A stretch of DNA of 64,000 bases from Bacteroidales bacterium. Its GTDB lineage: Bacteria > Bacteroidota > Bacteroidia > Bacteroidales > FEN-979. Shown here in pieces: positions 60,128 to 64,000 of the stretch (the first letter of the stretch is position 1; every line of letters starts with the position of its first letter). The stretch spans positions 33,347-97,346 of the forward strand of contig JAUXWT010000071.1 in the NCBI GenBank assembly GCA_030681475.1, in the 5' to 3' direction. The position numbers were made by a program, and so were the translations under genes. Under the pieces are notes generated by a model. That model made no database searches, was not told the DNA's origin, and was given only the letters and a program-made list of their open reading frames with translations.

Positions 60128-60910
60128 TTATCTCACCCAGTTCGGTTTACGTTTTTCGAGAAATGCATTCATCCCCTCCTGCCCTTCTTCAGATGCCCTG
60201 ATATCTGCGATCATATGGGCGGTAAAGTCATATGCTTCAATAAATGTGAGGTTGTTGGCAACTTCATGGATCAGGGTCTTGCAATGGCTCATGGCTTTCG
60301 GCCCGCTTGTTCTCAAATGAGCGATCACCTCTTCGATGATTTCACCAAGGATCTCATCGGGTACCGACTTATTTACCAGCCGGTATTTTTCAGCTTCTAT
60401 CCCTTTTATCCTTCTGCCGGTAAGCATCAGTTCCTTAGCCCCATATTCTCCAATCCGCTTGATGACATAAGGTGAAATGCACGCCGGAACAATCCCTATT
60501 TTAACCTCACTTAACGAAAAGGTCGCATCATCGTTGCAGTAAGCGAGATCGCAGGCAGCGAGCAGCCCGTTGGCCCCGCCGAGCGCCACGCCATGAACAA
60601 CGGCCAGCGTTGGTTTCGGGCAATTATAGATGGACAGGAAACATTTTGAAAGCAACAGGCTTTCAGTGTAATTCTGGTTATAGCTGTTCTGCGATGCAGA
60701 TTTCATCCAATTCAGGTCAACGCCTGCACAGAACGACTTACCCTTTCCGCGGAGGACGACGCAAAGAACTGAAGGGTCAAGCTTTTCAAAACAGTGAGTC
60801 AACTCGCGCAACATGGTTTCATCAAAGGCATTGTGAACCTCAGGGCGGTTCAGCCAAACAGTGAGAACACCGTTATCAAAATTAGTTTCGATGGTTTTAT
60901 ATGTGCTCAT
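60128..60910 (-). CDS. enoyl-CoA hydratase/isomerase family (methylglutaconyl-CoA hydratase by context)
   Basis: The crotonase fold shows FCAGVDL and GVALGGANGLLAACDL. The start is assigned to the ATG at 60910 (MSTYKTIE). The upstream ATG at 60931 lies inside the 7-nt repeat array. Confidence 0.8.
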   Translation of the reverse strand: MSTYKTIETNFDNGVLTVWLNRPEVHNAFDETMLRELTHCFEKLDPSVLCVVLRGKGKSFCAGVDLNWMKSASQNSYNQNYTESLLLSKCFLSIYNCPKPTLAVVHGVALGGANGLLAACDLAYCNDDATFSLSEVKIGIVPACISPYVIKRIGEYGAKELMLTGRRIKGIEAEKYRLVNKSVPDEILGEIIEEVIAHLRTSGPKAMSHCKTLIHEVANNLTFIEAYDFTAHMIADIRASEEGQEGMNAFLEKRKPNWVR

Positions 60911-60970
60911 TTGTCCCTTGTTACTTGTCATTTGTCACTTGTCACTTGTCACTTGTCACGTGCCCTTCGT
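60908..60970. repeat. 9 x 7-nt tandem array (CACTTGT consensus) filling the MCC-beta/hydratase junction
   Basis: The units read catttgt cccttgt tacttgt catttgt cacttgt cacttgt cacttgt cacgtgc ccttcgt. The array runs from 2 nt after the MCC-beta stop (60972) to the hydratase start. Confidence 0.85.
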
Positions 60971-60971
60971 C

Positions 60972-62579
60972 TTACATCCTGAAAATCCCAAACTGCGTTT
61001 TCTCATATTTCTTGTTTTGCGAAATGGCAATGGCCAGCCCGATTATTTTTCTGGTATCCACAGGGTCTATAATTCCATCGTCCCAGAGGCGTGCTGTACT
61101 GAAATAGGCGGAGCCCTCCTCCTCGTATTTCTTCAGAATGGTCTGCAGCATCTTCTCACGCTCCTCAGGCAACAGCGTTTTACCTGCTGCTTTGAGCTGA
61201 TCTTCCTTCACGGTGATCAACACATTTGCAGCCTGTTCGCCACCCATGACGGATATCTTGGAATTGGGGTACATAAACAGGAACCGTGGTTCATAGGCGC
61301 GGCCTGCCATAGCGTAATTTCCGGCACCGAAGGAGCCCCCGAAGATCACTGTAAATTTCGGTACGTTGGCATTGGCCACGGCATGCACAAACTTTGCTCC
61401 GTCACGGGCAATGCCGGCACGCTCATACTCCTTGCCAACGATAAAACCGGTGATGTTTTGTAAAAACAGGATAGGTATGTTTCTTGACGTACAAAGCTCA
61501 ACAAAATGAGCGCCCTTGAGGGCGGTTTCTCCGAAAAGCACCCCGTTGTTCGCCAGGATCCCAACCGGATAACCCATGATCCGTGCAAATCCTGTGGTGA
61601 GTGTTGGGGCGTAACGTTCTTTGAATTCATGAAAAAGACTGCCGTCAACGACACGTGCAATGATCTCCTTTGAATCGACCGACTTTTTCAGGTCAACCGG
61701 AAGAATTCCGTATAACTCTTCCGGGTCATAGGCAGGTTCCACAATGGGATGAGTTTCCAGCGCCTGGAATTCCTGACGCAGGATGGATTCAAATATATTC
61801 CTGCAGATCTGAATGGCATGAACATCGTTTTCGGCCAGGTGGTCTGCAACGCCGGAGATCAACGTATGTACCTCGGCGCCACCCAGTTCCTCTGCCGAGA
61901 CCTCCTCTCCGGTGGCTGCTTTCACCAGGGGAGGGCCGCCGATGAAAATGGTTCCCTGGTTGCGGACGATGATGGTCTCATCGCTCATAGCCGGAACGTA
62001 AGCCCCGCCGGCAGTACAGGATCCCATCACCACGGCAATCTGCGGTATTCCCTGTGCCGACAGCCTGGCCTGGTTATAGAAGAACCGTCCGAAATCATAT
62101 TTATCAGGAAAAACATTGGCCTGTTCCGGGAGAAATACACCGCCTGAGTCAACAAGATAAACACACGGTAGCCGGTTTTCCATGGCGATCTCCTGTGCCC
62201 TGACATGCTTCTTGATGGTCTCTTTGACATAGGTGCCACCCTTCACCGTTGCATCATTGGCCACGATCATCACCTCTTTGCCATGGATCACACCAATCCC
62301 GGTAACGATGCCGGCTGAAGGGAATCCGTTGTCATAAAGGCCAAAAGCGGCAAGGGGAGAAAGTTCAATAAACGGGGTATTCCGGTCAACCAGAAGGTCG
62401 ATCCGCTCCCTGACAAGGAGTTTTCCCCGTTCCTTGTGCCTGGATACCAACTTTTCCGGCCCCCCTAGTCTTACGGTGGCCAGATTTTCTTTATATTGGT
62501 CGAGCAGCTTCAGGAATTCATCCCGGTTTTGGTGATATTCAGGGCTGCTGACCTTAATTTTACTTTCTATCCGAAACAT
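60972..62579 (-). CDS. acyl-CoA carboxylase carboxyltransferase (beta) subunit (methylcrotonyl-CoA carboxylase beta-like)
   Basis: The carboxyl_trans domain shows [28 protein letters not shown] and [12 protein letters not shown]. The protein is 535 aa. Confidence 0.88.
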   Translation of the reverse strand: MFRIESKIKVSSPEYHQNRDEFLKLLDQYKENLATVRLGGPEKLVSRHKERGKLLVRERIDLLVDRNTPFIELSPLAAFGLYDNGFPSAGIVTGIGVIHGKEVMIVANDATVKGGTYVKETIKKHVRAQEIAMENRLPCVYLVDSGGVFLPEQANVFPDKYDFGRFFYNQARLSAQGIPQIAVVMGSCTAGGAYVPAMSDETIIVRNQGTIFIGGPPLVKAATGEEVSAEELGGAEVHTLISGVADHLAENDVHAIQICRNIFESILRQEFQALETHPIVEPAYDPEELYGILPVDLKKSVDSKEIIARVVDGSLFHEFKERYAPTLTTGFARIMGYPVGILANNGVLFGETALKGAHFVELCTSRNIPILFLQNITGFIVGKEYERAGIARDGAKFVHAVANANVPKFTVIFGGSFGAGNYAMAGRAYEPRFLFMYPNSKISVMGGEQAANVLITVKEDQLKAAGKTLLPEEREKMLQTILKKYEEEGSAYFSTARLWDDGIIDPVDTRKIIGLAIAISQNKKYEKTQFGIFRM

Positions 62580-62778
62580 TGTATTTGTCTGAAAAACAAC
62601 GAGATAATAAATTTTAATCTTGCAATATCCGTTTGAAAATATCGCGTACTAAAGTAAGAATAATTCCAAATTATGCCAACTAATTCTGAAATAACTGCCG
62701 TATCTTTACGTTGATCTATTCTGAATCTGTACAAGCTCAATCAGGAGCATTAAACCCTGTATCCATTAACACAACATC

Positions 62779-64000
62779 GTGAACAATTTTACCGGGAATA
62801 CTTTTAAGGAACTAACCCTGGAACAACTTCTTGATAACGAGCAGTTGAATGGGGAGAGGACTACACTGAGAAAGGCATTCGCGGCCATGTTGAACCAGTC
62901 GGAGCGGGATGAGGATTCTGGGTACGCACAGATGGTTCTTGAAACAGCAGCCATTATCCTGGAGGATATGAGCCTTGGTCCCGCATCAGTGAAATGCCTG
63001 ATTCTGAAAAATCTCGCTGACAAAGGGATACTATCATTGGAAAAGATTGAAAATGAATATGGTAAAACTGCCAGGGGATTGATAGAAGGCATTCATAAAC
63101 TTGAAAAGCTGGATTTAAAAAAATATAATACCAACACGGAAAATTTCATCGGATTGATATTAACGTTATCTGATGACATTCGTGTCTTGCTGATCCGGCT
63201 TGGCATGAGGCTGTATGATATGCGTCATCTGACAGATTATTCGGCGGATAAGCAAAAAATGATAACCGGAGAGACACAGGCGCTATTTATCCCCATCGCT
63301 CATCGCCTGGGGCTGTATCAGATAAAAAAAGAGCTTGAAGACCTTGTCATGCGATTCTTTGATCCGCAAACATATACCCTTATTGAGGAAAAGCTAAGGG
63401 AAACCAAAGCCGATCGGGATCATTATACGGCTGATTTCATCAAACCTATTGAAAAACAGCTTATTGAACATGGATTCGACTGCGAACTGAAGAGCAGGGT
63501 AAAATCGATCCCTTCCATTCACCGGAAAATGCTGACCCAGAAAGTGGAATTCGAAAAGGTCTATGATCTTTTCGCCATCCGGATCATACTGAATAAAACT
63601 GTTGAAAATGATGCAGCAGATTGCTGGAGGATCTACTCACTGATCACTGATATATACAAACCAAACCCACGCCGTTTACGCGACTGGATCTCCTTTCCGA
63701 AATCGACCGGATATGAATCGCTTCATACGACCGTTATTGGTCCGGACGGGCGATGGGTGGAGGTTCAGATCCGCACCCGTCGCATGGATGAGATTGCAGA
63801 GAAGGGTTTTGCCGCACACTGGAAGTACAAATCCGGGAACAAGGAAAAAGCCAGGGAAACCTTTTATGCTGATATCCGGGAGTTACTTGAAAAACCGTTG
63901 CAGACCTCACTTGAAAAGTCAATCGACCGTGAAAAGAAATTGCTCTACTCCGATGAGATTTTTGTTTTTACGCCGAAGGGAGACCTGAAGCGGCTTAAAT
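62779..64000 (+). CDS. RelA/SpoT-homologue (p)ppGpp synthetase with degenerate hydrolase domain (3' end outside window)
   Basis: This ORF is absent from the supplied track because it has no stop inside the window. The frame opens after the TAA at 62767-62769, and GTG 62779 is the first start candidate. The synthetase motifs are SIPSIHRKM....V.F.KVYDLFAIRII, GYESLHTTV and EVQIRTRRMDEIAEKGFAAHWKYK. The N-terminal region lacks the conserved His and HD of active hydrolases. Confidence 0.85.
   Translation, partial: MNNFTGNTFKELTLEQLLDNEQLNGERTTLRKAFAAMLNQSERDEDSGYAQMVLETAAIILEDMSLGPASVKCLILKNLADKGILSLEKIENEYGKTARGLIEGIHKLEKLDLKKYNTNTENFIGLILTLSDDIRVLLIRLGMRLYDMRHLTDYSADKQKMITGETQALFIPIAHRLGLYQIKKELEDLVMRFFDPQTYTLIEEKLRETKADRDHYTADFIKPIEKQLIEHGFDCELKSRVKSIPSIHRKMLTQKVEFEKVYDLFAIRIILNKTVENDAADCWRIYSLITDIYKPNPRRLRDWISFPKSTGYESLHTTVIGPDGRWVEVQIRTRRMDEIAEKGFAAHWKYKSGNKEKARETFYADIRELLEKPLQTSLEKSIDREKKLLYSDEIFVFTPKGDLKRLK

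Noticed and set aside
60861-61463. A 200-aa plus-strand ORF starting in the CACTTGT array and running antisense to MCC-beta. Related ORFs lie at 60794-60982 and 60901-61107.
   Set aside because: The N-termini (CHLSLVTCHLSLVTCH) are simply the translated 7-nt repeat. The remainder is antisense to a well-conserved carboxyltransferase.
62766-63092. A 108-aa minus-strand ORF at the start of the RelA locus.
   Set aside because: It is antisense to the open RelA/SpoT reading frame, which carries unmistakable synthetase motifs further downstream.

Overview
This 64-kb window looks like a Bacteroidota-type genome. The evidence is several T9SS C-terminal sorting domains, an ECF-sigma/FecR/TonB-dependent-receptor/DUF4249 module, a GldA/F/G-like ABC module, TAnnTTTG -7 boxes and frequent GTG/TTG starts. 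All calls come from reading motifs and recalling protein families; no searches were run. Layout: (a) 1-4.7 kb holds a heparinase II/III-like protein, an orphan TonB-C protein and a repeat-built T9SS protein. (b) 4.7-17.7 kb holds a sensor kinase with a very large FG-GAP/ASPIC-like ectodomain, a NarL-type regulator, and two giant T9SS-targeted proteins built from Kelch, beta-helix, dockerin-like, cohesin-like and Ig-like modules. (c) 17.7-45.4 kb is a purine-catabolism supercluster of the E. coli ygf/yge 'selenium-linked molybdenum hydroxylase' type. It contains guaD, ygfK, an xdhD-like gene, ssnA, hyuA, ygeW, ygeY, a fused 1282-aa XDH, xdhC and mocA. It lacks ygeX and carries two unusual PLP enzymes in that neighbourhood. 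It is interrupted by an antisense type IIG restriction-modification gene and by an ABC-2/GldG/DUF4340 module. (d) 45.5-54.8 kb holds a methyltransferase, a YjbR-like protein, an acyl-CoA ligase and the sigma/anti-sigma/TonB-receptor module. (e) 54.9-62.6 kb is a leucine-catabolism (liu-like) operon. (f) The window ends in a 3'-truncated, hydrolase-dead RelA-type synthetase. The most unusual signals are at the DNA level. GC-rich palindromic elements are inserted in frame in ygfK and bracket its flavin/NAD domain. Arrays of 7-8-nt tandem repeats fill operon junctions and also sit inside two CDSs (FecR and the ThrC-like gene). A four-hairpin dyad element lies between the two PLP genes. No rRNA, tRNA or CRISPR was found.
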